A stretch of DNA of 63,938 bases, the filler included, from Squatina squatina (lineage: Eukaryota), in the NCBI GenBank assembly GCA_031763465.1. It is 4 parts of 4 records of this genome, joined end to end, with 100 filler letters (N's around TTAATTAATTAA, not from the genome) between each part and the next. Parts side by side here need not be neighbours in the genome. Positions count along the whole stretch, not along the records: positions 32,103 to 51,636 come from JARFOE010000057.1; positions 51,737 to 63,938 come from JARFOE010000073.1; 2 more parts are not named here. One strand, 5' to 3'. Shown one piece after another: positions 47,196-59,700 of this stretch. The position numbers were made by a program, and so were the translations under genes. The stretch's first letter is position 1. Every line of letters starts with the position of its first letter. The notes under the pieces were generated by a model. The model saw only the letters and a list, made by a program, of their open reading frames with translations. It did not search any database and was not told where the DNA came from.

Positions 47196-48519
47196 ACTAA
47201 ATTTGCAGCACACAGCCTCATTAAAATATTTAAATAAGGGACCTGCCTGCTGATAGCGGATTGGTTGCCCTCCCCTTGCCTCTCTGTTAAAGCCAGAAGT
47301 GGGCGGGTTCGAAAATCTTTACTTTATAACTTTCCAGCCCACCGAAACCCACCTGTTTTTGGGGGTTAAAATTACCCCCGAAGTGTCAGTATGCAATTCA
47401 GCTCTGGAACAATTTGATGAAAACCAATCCACTGCTGGTACGAGTCCCCACTGTTATTTGATCATGCTCCATTTTGTAAAGACAGTTGAGAATGTTTTTG
47501 GTACAAAGCCACAAATAAAACTGATGGTGATTGACAGAAAGGTTTCAGAGTTATTGCCATTTGAAGAGAATTGAAGTGTTGCTGGGAGGCATTGTGGATT
47601 CTCTCCAATCGCTCCCAATTTCAGAATGCAGTTAACTTTGACTGTAGGAAGTCAAATCAGAAATTGGGTAATGGCTATCTGTATGGTATCAAAATTATAG
47701 TCACACACAAATGGATGTTTCTCCGGCCAATAGAGAATGTTCTTCATTACTTAGTAAGTATGCTCGCTGGTAAAGATTGACCAAGAAGGGAGCTTGGCAG
47801 GATGATATTGCTTATGTGAAGCTTTGAAAGACGACTTCTCGATGTTGCCTCAAGAGTGCGCGACTATCTGGTTAGTGCAGAGTTCTATCCTTTGAAGGGC
47901 CGGAGTACACACAAGGCCATTCAGATTAGAGACGGTCGTCTTTCTCATGCCCCAGACAATTGATGTTGCTAGCCCACCAGTGTGAAATATCTAGTTGCAC
48001 CTGCTACTTCAGTACCATCAATAAGAGCGCTGGAGCATTTAGAAGAGGCAGACGGCTTGTGAGCCCTGTTCTCATACCGAATATTCAAACAGCGCGGCAG
48101 ATAAGTGCTCTAAAATGCTGACAAATTTATGCTCAGACCGATGTAGATAGGGAGTTGCGAACGCCGAATGTAGGCAGAGCCACCCACGTTTCCCGCCAGC
48201 AGTACCGGCTGCTGTTAGATCGCCCCAGGATTAGGTAAGGGCATGTNNNNNNNNNNNNNNNNNNNNNNNNNNNNNNNNNNNNNNNNNNNNNNNNNNNNNN
48301 NNNNNNNNNNNNNNNNNNNNNNNNNNNNNNNNNNNNNNNNNNNNNNAAGCGCCTTTAACAAAGTAAAATGTCCCAAGGCGCTTCACAGGAGTGTTATGAA
48401 ACTAATGACTCACCGAGCCACACAAGGAAATATTACAGGTGACCAATAGGTTTTAAAACACAAAGGGGGCAAAATTCCCCCTTTTTCCACGCTGTTAGCA
48501 CCTCGGAGGGGTGCTCTCA

Positions 48520-48615
48520 AGTGTCAGCCTCGTTCATGTGCTCAGATCCTGGAGTGGGGCTACAGCTCATAACTTCCTGTCCCAGAGGCAAGTGTGGTAC
48601 CAACTGAGCCAAGTC
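48520..48615 (-). mobile_element. SacSINE1-like tRNA-derived head
   Basis: Reverse complement cttggctcagttggtaccacacttgcctctgggacaggaagttatgag...gccccactccagga...tgagcaca...aggctgacac. Confidence 0.6.
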
Positions 48616-48673
48616 GAGGCAAATTATTTGTCCACATTAAAACGAGCATAGAAAAAGCGACTCAAATACTCAC

Positions 48674-49232
48674 AGTAGTGGCGTATTGAATATCCTTCCA
48701 GATGGAGGTATCCCTGGAGAGATCTGAAGCCTCAAACAGGTTCTCTAAAATCACCTCCCCACTCATGTCATGCCTAGAAAACCTGTCAAAGTCATACACA
48801 CTTAAGTGTAGCTTCCTGTTGGTGAGTTCATCATATGATACAGGAAATTGGAAGCTTTCATCAAATGTAGGATTGAGTGTCTTTCTGTGCACTCGGGTCT
48901 GGAACTTTCTTTTCCGATCGGGGAGAAGGTAGATTTTTACATATGGGTCCGAGCTTCCACAAAAGTCTTTCGCAGGCAGGTCAAAAGCCTTGAGGATTGT
49001 AACAATCAACATTTCGTTCTCATAGTCGTATTTCAGCATGAAGTTGATTTTCCCACATGTTTTCCCAGCTTCCTTCTTTGTGTCTTCCGAATCCACGGAT
49101 TTCTGTTTATAGAGCTCTGGTTTGATCCGCCCGATGCTCGTGGCTTGTTCTTTGTGCGGTAACGAGTCTGTGCTGAAGTCAACGCTCGATACGTGCATCT
49201 GCCTTGGCAAGTGTCTCTTAAAAGAGCTGTGC
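48674..49232 (-). CDS. SYT6: Synaptotagmin-6, linker and C2A exon
   Basis: tgctctag|G CAC...ACT ACT|GTGAGT, 559 nt. Translates [19 protein letters not shown]...[18 protein letters not shown]...[39 protein letters not shown]...DFDRFSRHD...WKDIQYATT. Confidence 0.96.
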
Positions 49233-49334
49233 CTAGAGCAAATAACGAAAAGAAAATCAAATTGAGATGTGCATTCAGTGGTTTCAGAAATGGGATCTGG
49301 GAAGAAAGAAAGAACGAAAGAAAGAAAGAAATTC

Positions 49335-49486
49335 CATTTATATAGTACCTTTCATGACCCAAAGTGCTTTACAACCAATGAAGTACTTCTGAAGTGCAGT
49401 TACAGTTAAACTGTAAGAAGAACAGCAGTCAATTTGAGCACAGCAAGATCTCACAAACTGCAATGAGATAATAACCAGAAAATCTG
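49335..49486 (-). mobile_element. SacSINE1/DeuSINE-like 3' part
   Basis: Matches 7070-7240. Confidence 0.7.
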
Positions 49487-49851
49487 NNNNNNNNNNNNNN
49501 NNNNNNNNNNNNNNNNNNNNNNNNNNNNNNNNNNNNNNNNNNNNNNNNNNNNNNNNNNNNNNNNNNNNNNNNNNNNNNNNNNNNNNGCAAGCTGTGGAAT
49601 TTGCATCCACACCACGAATAGGTCAGTTCACTATGGGCCCCTTAACTTTAAAGTTTGCACGTGTTTGAACACTCAAATAGTAAAGTGGCTAATTGGGGAC
49701 TTGACTGAAATTTTTCAGAGTCCCATTTCCAGTGCTAAATGCGGCACTTAGCGCTACAAACTTTAAAAACCCGAATTGGCCGCCCTAAGCTTTTAAATCC
49801 AGGCAGGGCAGCACACGCTTGCTCCTCGCGAACCAAAGTTGAGACACTGAC

Positions 49852-50197
49852 CTGGAGGAAGAGGCTGGCTCCGTCGTCTGTCTCTGTATCCGCGTGTGGC
49901 GCAGGATGTGGTCTCTCATGGACAACTGGACATCTGCTGGGATATCTGGAGACGTGTGGCTGATCTTCATGGCTGCTTCTAGGAAGCTCATGGATGGGGA
50001 CTCCTTGGGTTTGTCCGTCATCTCCTTGCTGTAGTCAGTGCCGGTGATGTTGACCGTGTCCCCAGGAACGGAGGTGTTAGACAGAACCTTGTTCTTCCAG
50101 GGTACCCAGCACAGTTTCCAGAATACAAAGAGAAAGACCGCCACCAGGGCCAGTCCACAGAAAATAAGTATCACCGCTAGCAAGCTGACTGAGATAT
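49852..50197 (-). CDS. SYT6: Synaptotagmin-6, transmembrane exon
   Basis: tgtttgcag|AT ATC...TCC AG|GTCAGT, 346 nt. Translates ISVSLLAVILIFCGLALVAVFLFVFWKLCWVPWKNK...FLEAAMKISHTSPDIPADVQLSMRDHILRHTRIQRQTTEPASSS. Phase is compatible with the next exon. Confidence 0.95.
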
Positions 50198-51636
50198 CTG
50201 CAAACAGAACGGAGGAGGTGCGAGTGACAAGAGAGTGACACATAGACAAAGGACAAAGGGAAAGCAAGANNNNNNNNNNNNNNNNNNNNNNNNNNNNNNN
50301 NNNNNNNNNNNNNNNNNNNNNNNNNNNNNNNNNNNNNNNNNNNNNNNNNNNNNNNNNNNNNNNNNNNNNGATTGCGTGACACTTTAAAACTGACAAATGC
50401 AAAAATCGCCACGCGGGATTGAGCAGTTTTACTATATGTGTTTCTGGCGGACACCACAAGTCAGCACAGCAGAACTTTGATCCCAATGTAGATCTTAAGA
50501 GTTGCCATTAAAATGATGCATTCTAGCCATTTAAAGTTCCATTGTTCGTAGGCCTTACACGAGTACGAATGAGTCTGATCTCACTGTACATTGCGTCTAC
50601 GCCAAGTGATTTGGTGAGACATCCCCAGTAAGCCCCGTGAACATCTGCATTTACTGAATGTAGAGCAATTTGCTGCCTGAGTATTGCAATTTTGCATAAA
50701 AAGTCCCAGAGGTCATGGAATGAGTGAATCTGAGTGAAAACAAATCGGTTGCTACTACCAACCACTTGAACGATTCACGGTATTGATAATAAGGCTCACC
50801 ATGTGTTTTTTGATAAGTATTTCTGTGGTATGTGCAAGTCTTTCTTTTATGTGAACTTTAAAGTTGTAATGGGATGATGTGCAGTCAAATGGCCTGTGGG
50901 TCTTCTTTGTGCAGGTTGTAAACCTATAATCTGAGACATTACCACAATAATATCCCAGCGGATATGATATTCATGTGAGGATCCACCTTAAAACTTTGGT
51001 GCCGTTTGACCTGGTTATTTCTGCTGAAATGTGTGTGGGCTGATGATGAGATATTACCACTGTGAGTAACTTCATACCGAGCTTTGGATGGGCTAAATCC
51101 TGACAGGAAATGAAAGATCTGTCATGTCGCCATGACAGATAACTGACAAATCATAAAAGTGCCCCTCAGTTAAGCTCTGGCTCCTGAGTAAAGCTGATTT
51201 ATCAGATCACTTGTCTTATTGCAACCGTGAAAGAAATTACTTTAAATATATTTTTATGATATTTCACATGGCAGGATTTGGAGGATGCAAATCTAATGAG
51301 AGAAAATGGCAGTTTGTTGCATGAAGTGTTTAATTCAAGATGGGGATAGAAAGTGGATTGTCTCAAGCCAGTTTTAGGACAGAATACAAAAGAAAAGTGG
51401 GAAGAAGATAAAAGTAGACAGGTTAAAGTCTTGATATTTCAATACTCTTGCAGATATTGAGGTGGAAATTCCGTTTTTTCTTTGTCCCGTTGGTGCCTCC
51501 GCGTTGGTGTTAACGGGCGATAAAATGAAATTTGGTGGGTCAGGGCGACAATCGCGCCTGTTGAGAAATTCCCTGGGGGGACCGAGAGGTTTAAAGGCCT
51601 TTGTGTCTCGGCCAGAGGATTTCACAGCAAGTCGGC

Positions 51637-51736
51637 NNNNNNNNNNNNNNNNNNNNNNNNNNNNNNNNNNNNNNNNNNNNTTAATTAATTAANNNNNNNN
51701 NNNNNNNNNNNNNNNNNNNNNNNNNNNNNNNNNNNN
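51637..51736. other. Artificial scaffold linker N44-TTAATTAATTAA-N44
   Basis: Same linker, at 51681-51692. Confidence 0.95.
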
Positions 51737-54126
51737 CATTAACTTAATTTCAACAGCGAGTGAAATATGATCACCTTGATAATGATAAGTTGCAACATTC
51801 TTACCTTGTCAGTACTACTTTATGGGGGTGAAATTTATAGTCACCTGCTGTTCAAATAGAATGTTGGCCCAGGTCAATTCAGCTGTTTGGAGTCCCTCAC
51901 ATCAGAGTCACCTTATCAACTGAATAATTTTCTAACTGTCAACTGTTACTTTTCTGTGTAGTGACAAGCTATGTAATTAATCACAGTGGGGCACCAATGT
52001 AATAGTACACTTTACACAGTAGCACATCAATGGACATATTGGTTTTAAAATGAAAAATATTACAGGAGTTGGTAATTGTCTTCTGGAAGACACAATTGTT
52101 AATTTAAAAGGATTGTTTTTTTCATCTCTGCACCATCAAGGGTTTCAAAAGAGCATCACTTAGCAAAGAGACAAGGAAATGTACTGTCCTGCAATATGCG
52201 TTAACAAAGGCAGTTTGAACCCTGCAGTGCAAACATTACACCATTCTTGCTTCTTAATGCAGGATTAATGAAAACTACTAGCAGTGCTATCAATTTAATA
52301 ACCAGCTGCCAGACATCAGCACAACATTCAAGCAGAGTGCTGTGAACGTGCACCACTGTTACAACAGATGTACAACTAGCTACACCTGTCACGTACTTTT
52401 CCATCTGTAATATAGTCAACCCCACAGATACGTGTAAGGACATCTCTTGACTCAATTAAATGATTCCTCATAGTTCAGACTCACGTGCATTGTCCAAATG
52501 CAAGTTTATTACTCAGACACCAATTGCATAATAACTATTGTGTTTATATAATAGACTCATACAACCTGGTTTCCTGCAGGCCCAACTTGGCCTCCGTAGG
52601 TGCTGGACTTCCAACCATCCTGTGAGCTCTAACTACAAGAAGGCTGCTACCTGCCCTTTTTACCCATCTGTCACCTGTTCAAAAAGCCTTTCAGGCACCT
52701 AAAAGCACCCACCCCGACCCCTCCATTTAATGCGAGTCAAATCACCTGATGCCCAAAATGTACACTGGCCCTGACATATTGGGCNNNNNNNNNNNNNNNN
52801 NNNNNNNNNNNNNNNNNNNNNNNNNNNNNNNNNNNNNNNNNNNNNNNNNNNNNNNNNNNNNNNNNNNNNNNNNNNNNNNNNNNNTTTTCAGCTGCGCTCT
52901 TGCTTTGCGGTGCAAGGTCCAGCCACCTGGTGGGCCTATGCCGGGAGTGCACCTGTGCTGCAGAATCCGTTCAGGACCGGACGATCGTGGGATCCTCTCC
53001 TCGGGTGCATAGTGGAATTTTCCTTTGTAATAAAACTTATTTCAAAATGCTCCCGGTGAAGATATGAACCAGCTCCCCCCTACATCTCCGCCCACACTGC
53101 AACAGCATAACTCAATTTGAGTATCATCATGGGAAATGTTTTACCAAATTAGTTGGTGTGTGTACTTCAGTACCCTGGTATTTAATATGTATTACACTGC
53201 GTTAAATGCCTCCACTGTAAGCTAATTTCTGAATTCCATTAATTTTTTAATATCCATGAAAATGACAAAACCTTCAAAGGGAGGAAGCATTTTTCATCTT
53301 GCATAATTGTGTTTTACTCCATTTTTGAGGCCTGGAGGGCTACACGGAGCATTCAAAACCTGAACAGCAAAGTAATAATGTTTCCTACAGAAGTGAAGCA
53401 GAAAATTGCTGAATAGGTCAAATAATCCACATTTAAATCAATTTAACTGCAAAACAGTGCAGGTGCAATTAGACTATTAAAGAACCATGTAGAATTGCTC
53501 TGCAGGTCTTTGTTAAAGACAGCATGCAATTGGGTAAGCTGATTAGGATATGACTGCAGCATTAGCTGTGTATAATCAGGCGCTGGGCTGTGAGAATAGC
53601 ACTGCATTAGTTCTTTGACTTAGTAACCTCAGTAACACATTTGTTTCTGCTCTTACTATTGCTGATGTGGTCTTAGTAATCAAGAGGTTGCATTTTAAAT
53701 GTTTCCCATAGCAACCAGGATACAACTACATGCTCATTTAGTGAAGCTCTTCACTGTTTTATGCAAAATAATGAAATACTAAAGCACCATCTGTACAGGC
53801 ATAAGCTCCATCAAACCACTGGTGCATGGAATGCAAAACTCACTGAAAATATTAAAGATAATGGGTACTTAAATTATATAATAAAAGACACACTGCAGTC
53901 GCCGATTTACCAAAACAGCATCCATATCTATCTAGCTACCGACCATATGTTAAAAACTATGGGCGCCCAATTCATGATTTTCTTTTGGCGCTAAACTGGC
54001 ATTAATTGGGCGTTAAAGGCTTAACGNNNNNNNNNNNNNNNNNNNNNNNNNNNNNNNNNNNNNNNNNNNNNNNNNNNNNNNNNNNNNNNNNNNNNNNNNN
54101 NNNNNNNNNNNNNNNNNNNNNNNNNN

Positions 54127-54370
54127 GGCAAAAGAAACCGGTGAGAGGGGAAAATCTGTATTATGCAGTGATTGTTGTGACCTGGAATGCATTGCCTGCG
54201 ACAATAGTGAGTCTGATGCAGTTGTATTATTCAAAAGGAAATTGCCTAAATACTTGAAGCAGAGCACATTGCAGGATACAGCGAAAGAGCAGGGTTGTGG
54301 AACGGATTCGATTGCTCTGTCAAAGAGCCAGCATGGGCATGACGGGCCGAATAGTCATATTCTATTCAAC
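54127..54370 (+). mobile_element. CR1 LINE 3' end, diverged
   Basis: Homologous to 24130-24390 (acctggaatgcattgcctg...ttcaaaaggaaattg...gagccagcatgggcatgacgggccgaat). Confidence 0.75.
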
Positions 54371-54569
54371 AACTGTGTCTGAAGACATGCAGCCACATAG
54401 AGGTACAAAGTGAGACAAAGGGCGAGTGAGAAAGTAAAGTAGAACATAAAAACAGAAGTAAACCGAGGAAACAGACGAAATTTAAAAGAGACTTGAAGCA
54501 ATAAAACTAAAATTGATAGACATACACAGAGAGGCAGAGACAATGAAAGACAGGCAGAGGCAAAGAGAA

Positions 54570-55925
54570 ACATAGAAACATAGAAAATAGGAGTAGGAGT
54601 AGGACATTCGGATATTCGGGCCTGCACGGCCATTCAACATGATCATGGCTGATCGTCCAGTTCAGTACCCTGTTCCCGCTTTCTCTGCATATCCCTTGAT
54701 CTCTTTAGCAATGTGCACTATATCTAACTTATTCTTGAATATCTATAATGACTTGGTCTCAACTGCCTTCTGTGGTAGAGAATTTCTGAGGTTCGCCACC
54801 CTCTGAATGATAAATCTCTCCTCATCTGTGCCCTAAATGCCCAATCCCGTATCCTTAGACTATGACTGGACTACCCAGCGATTGAGAATATCGTTCGTGC
54901 ATCTAGTCTGTCCAGTCCGGTGTGAATTTTATCAGCTTGTATGAGATCCCCTATCATTATTCCAAACTCCAACGAATATAAGCCTAATCTAACCAATCTC
55001 TCTTCATACGTCAGTCGTGCAATCCCAGGAACCTATCTGTTGAACCTTCGCTGCACTGCCTCTGTGGCAAGAACATCCTTCCTCCTGTAAAGAGAACAAA
55101 ACTGCACACAAAATTCCAGGAGTGGTCTCACCAAGGCTCTGTACAATTGGAGCAAGAGACCCCTGCTTCTGTACTCGAATCATCTCGCAAGGAAGGCCAA
55201 CATACCATCCAACTTCTTAACCGCATCTTGGGACCTGCATGCTTGCTTTCTGAAACTGGTGCAGAAGGTCACGCAGGGCTCATTGCACCTTCCCCTTTCC
55301 CAATCTATCAACGTTTGGATAATAATCTCCCTTCCTGTTTTGCCACGAACATGGATATCCCCACATTTATCCATGTCATACTGCATCTGCCATGCATTTG
55401 CCCACTCAAACTATCGAAATATCTTTGCAGCCTCCCTGCTTCCTCCTGACAGCTCACTCTATCACCCAGCTTTCTGTCGTCTGCAAACTTGGAGATGTTA
55501 CATTTAGTTCCTTCATCCAAATCATTGATCTATATCGTGAACAGCTCGGGCACAAGTAATTATTCCTGTGGTACCACACTAGTCACTGCCTGTCTCTCGG
55601 AAAAAGAGCCATTTGTTCCTACTCTCTGTTTCCTGTCTGCCAACCAGTCCTCTATCTTTGCAAGTACATTACCCCTGAACTAATATATGTTAAATGCACA
55701 CGAATTTCTTAAGTGGCATCTTATCAAAAGATTTCTGGAAATCCAAATACACCACAACCACTGATTCTCCATTATATACTCCTCTAGTTGCATTCTCACA
55801 AGAATCCTGTAGTTGTGTTAATCATGTTTCCCTTTCATTAATCCATGCTGACTTTCCGATTCCGTCGATGCTTTCCAAATGCTCTGCTATTGCATTTTTA
55901 TAATGGACTCAAGCAGTTTCTGTAA
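54570..55925 (-). mobile_element. CR1 LINE, RT through 3' tail, about 1.35 kb, degenerate
   Basis: The minus strand gives SGVPQE.LLVPELFTIYINDLDEGTKCNISKFADDRKLG and LYRALVRPLLEFCVQF, and ends in a (ttctatgt)n tail near 54570. Confidence 0.9.
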
Positions 55926-56834
55926 TAAATCTGCATGTAGTCCTTTCCTTCCGCTGTGTAACTAAACTGAACAGTGTCCAGCGGCACAAAAAGTAAAACT
56001 GAAGCACTGCTATTCTGACTTGAAACAGGGGTAAAACTCGAACAAGTAAACAGGTCAAAACTAATAAAATTTATTGTTTCTCATGTGGAGAATCGTCTTC
56101 ATAAATGAAAAATAATGGCACGGATACAACTTTTAATCCATATTAGTATAAAGATTGTACACCGAGTTAGTGTTTAGCTTATTCCCCAGACTGAAAGCCA
56201 GAATACGTGGGAACGTTCAGATAAACGACTGGCTAACGGGAAGCTATTTGTACTTCAATGAAATGTTTGCAGCAGACTAGACCAGACAGACATAATCCTT
56301 CAATTTGATAACATTTAAAGCCTTCTATCGAGTACCAAAAGACTCATCCATTCATTTCAACACCACAGAATCAATACTGCAGACAGCAACTAAAACAACG
56401 CCTTCTCCAAGTGTATGTTTTAGTAAATACAAAACCCGAGTGACAGATTAAGGGAGCACCTGAATCTGCCACCACTGCTGTGAGAGATTCAATAGGATCG
56501 TTCTTCGCCATGCATTGAATAAAAAAAAACAGGCCACAGAGTGTTTAAAAAGAAACAAAGATTGCTGGATTTACAATACCGTCATCTAGCCAGCAAAACT
56601 ATCGTCTGGATGTGCATATAAGCCACAAGCCATTTTTGAGTGTTAACCTGCTTACAGGCCATACCGCCAAACAAACTGATATCATTTTTGGTCCATTCAG
56701 ACCACTAAGTTTCCATTCTATTTGAATCTTAGTCCTAACAGGTGGTAAATGGTACAATCTTCCTGAATTAAATGTAGCTGTTACTGTCTAACATGTAAGG
56801 TCCTATCTGTCGCTCACAGAATGCATAAAATAGA

Positions 56835-57110
56835 GATAAAAACAGAAAATGCTGGAAATACTCAGCAGATCAGGCAGCATCTGTGGAGAGAGAAACAGAG
56901 TTAACGATTCAGGTCAATGGCCCTTCATCAGAACTGGAAAAAGTTAGAAATATATTAGTTTTTAAGCAAAGACAGAGGCAGGGAAAGGGGCAAGGGGAGG
57001 AAAAAAACAAAAGGGAAGGCCTGTGATAGGCAGAAGAGATTAAGGGACATGAAGAGATGGTGTAAGACAAAAGGAGATGATAATGAACAAGTTAAGGAAT
57101 AAAAGATAAG
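56835..57110 (-). mobile_element. Penelope-like element 3' region with a hammerhead-like core at 56899-56935
   Basis: Same terminal repeat as 8917 and 22660-22750, extended by a pyrimidine-rich segment on the minus strand. Confidence 0.6.
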
Positions 57111-57210
57111 NNNNNNNNNNNNNNNNNNNNNNNNNNNNNNNNNNNNNNNNNNNNNNNNNNNNNNNNNNNNNNNNNNNNNNNNNNNNNNNNNNNNNNNNNN
57201 NNNNNNNNNN

Positions 57211-57315
57211 AACTGTACGCAGTACTCTAGGTGTGGTCTCCCCAGTGCCCTGTACAGTTGTAGCAAGTCTTCCCTACTTTTATACTCCATCCCCCTTGAA
57301 ATAAAGGCCAACATC
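57211..57315 (-). mobile_element. CR1 LINE fragment
   Basis: MLAFISRGMEYKSREDLLQLYRALGRPHLEYCVQ. Confidence 0.88.
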
Positions 57316-57494
57316 AATAATGCCCCTGGGAAAATTCACTGTAGCCTTTCTATGCGCAATGTCACAGAAGATCCATTAGCTCTGAAATATTATCATTATA
57401 GAACATGAAATATCCAATTATATGTAAGACACTTCCCAGTGCTTTTTGAATACTAGAGCTAAGCTGTCTTATCATAATTATTGTAAGAAACCAT

Positions 57495-57627
57495 GGGGTC
57501 AATTTTAACGTAACTTGTCAGGCATGGTTTGGGTGGAACATTGGTTTTACACTTGGCCAAATATTACTCTCCATTTCATCCGATCGCATCAGTTTCCTGA
57601 TGGGTGGGTTGGGTTAAAATTACCTCC
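57495..57627. mobile_element. Short MITE-like element, about 130 bp
   Basis: Terminal inverted repeats ggggtcAATTTTAAC ... GTTAAAATTacctcc. The same terminus (gttaaaattacccc) occurs near 47365-47378. Confidence 0.55.
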
Positions 57628-59201
57628 CCGCCTCCATGTTTCGGATTTCACCTAGTTGGTCGAAATCACTACCAGTCTTCGCTCCATGTACTGCAAATGA
57701 ATTGTTCAACCTTATCAAATGAACTGTGATCATAGCTAATGATGTCTTGGCAATTTGATTCATTTTTCTTAGTTATGAAGGGAAGATAACCTGCATGGTC
57801 TGGTAACATGGGGAAATGAGTACTAATCTTCAAATCAATTGAACCGTGAGCGTTCAGACCTTTTTTCTGTGAGGTCACAACAGCTGTTAACACATTTAAA
57901 CTGTAACAAGCCTCATTAGTCAAAATTACATATGCAAAACATGATGCCATCTGCCACTGGTTTATTCACTATTCAGATGTACCGGTTCAAATAAATGGAT
58001 TTCTTCTGCATCATGTAGTTAAACAATACCTCTTGTGACTCCAATTAGCTGGAGAATAATCTGCTGTTTCTATTAAAGCACAGCACTGTAAGAAATCGTG
58101 AATTGGAAGAAGTAACTTGAGACAACAAGTCTCTTCAGATTGGTGTTAGAATAACTGGATAGATGCTTAGAATTGGCTTATGTTTCTGATTCCCTGCAGA
58201 TGTTATAACATTTAATGATTCATTCCCTGGTACAACAGCTAAAGCTACTTGAACAGCATGAACATGAATAACTGAGAACAAACATCTGAAGGCCAACAAG
58301 GCATGTCTGACTCCAACCTTGGGAAGATAAGGATGAAANNNNNNNNNNNNNNNNNNNNNNNNNNNNNNNNNNNNNNNNNNNNNNNNNNNNNNNNNNNNNN
58401 NNNNNNNNNNNNNNNNNNNNNNNNNNNNNNNNNNNNNNCCATGTTCAGAGCAATTTGTAGTGTGCCTGAACAATAGCACTTCGAATATCGAATATTACCA
58501 GTCGAGACGTGAGTTTGTATTGGAGCTGTGTTCAGGAAACGTATTGTACAAGATGCCTAGTCTCATTGAAAGAAAGTACATTAGCATTTCAACAATAGCG
58601 CACACGGAGCTGTCTTCACTTGACACCCCCACAGCGAACTCATTCAAAAAACATCGATTTTTATGTCCTTTCTTCTGTCGATATATTACACGTCAAGCAC
58701 ACACAAAATTGGATCATTTCCCTCTCAATTCTCTCCCATTTCTCTGAGCATCACATGTATTGCTGTGAAAGGTATTTTGAGTGTTGAACGGCCCCCGAAG
58801 GCAGTAGCAGCAGTCAATGCCCTCTGCCTCTGGAGAGCTTGCTTCAAATCTAACGCTGGAAAAGCAGCTGAGGATCTCCCACTGAATTTCTGGGTCACGA
58901 AAGGAAATGAACTCTGACAGCTTCAATTCAATCCCAGCTGGCACAAGTCAGAAGACGTTTAACATTTAGGTAATCATTTGTCCCCTGCCTCTCTTTCGTT
59001 TCTGCATTGTGTCTTTGTGTTCTCCACACAACCAATTTCCTGCATCTCCCAGTGCCCACAGCTGTCTATCTCGTCTGCAATACAAGTGCTCCTCTGTGTC
59101 TNNNNNNNNNNNNNNNNNNNNNNNNNNNNNNNNNNNNNNNNNNNNNNNNNNNNNNNNNNNNNNNNNNNNNNNNNNNNNNNNNNNNNNNNNNNNNNNNNNN
59201 N

Positions 59202-59700
59202 ATCCTTTCTCAGGCCAACATCCCCAGCATCGAGACACTGTTCACACTCAATCAGCTGCGATGGGCAGGCCACATCATCTGCATGCCTGATGCAAGACTC
59301 CAGAAACAAGCACTCTACTTCAGCTTCGTCACGGCAAGCGATTACCAGCAGGGCAGAGGAAACACTTTAAGGACGTCTTCAAAGCCTCCCTGAAAAAATG
59401 TAACATCCCCACCAACTCATGAGAATCTCTGGCCCAAGACCACCCAAACTGGAGGAGAAGCACCCTTGAAAGCACCAATCACTTCGAGCTTCTCATGTGG
59501 AATCACGTGGAGGCCAAGCACAAGCAGCAGAAAGAACGTGCGAAAATCCGAGCATCCATCTCACCTGCCCCATCAAACACCACCTGCCCTACCTGTGGTA
59601 GAGTTTGCGGATCCAGTATGGGACTCATTAGTCACCTCAGAACCCACATCTCCAGTGCGGAGACAAGTCATCCTCAACCCCGAAGGACTGCCTAAGAAGA
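59202..59700 (+). mobile_element. RTE-clade LINE 3' end with a C-terminal C2H2-like motif
   Basis: ILSQANIPSIETLFTLNQLRWAGHIICMPDARLQKQALY and CPTCGRVCGSSMGLISHLRTH, with an aagaaga tail; frameshifted. Confidence 0.88.

Noticed and set aside
47780-48246. CpG-containing intronic stretch considered as an endogenous viral or foreign fragment
   Set aside because: The longest open frame I found is about 45 codons, with no recognisable motif.
57669-57950. 93-aa minus-strand ORF in scaffold D
   Set aside because: No recognisable homology and only weak splice signals.
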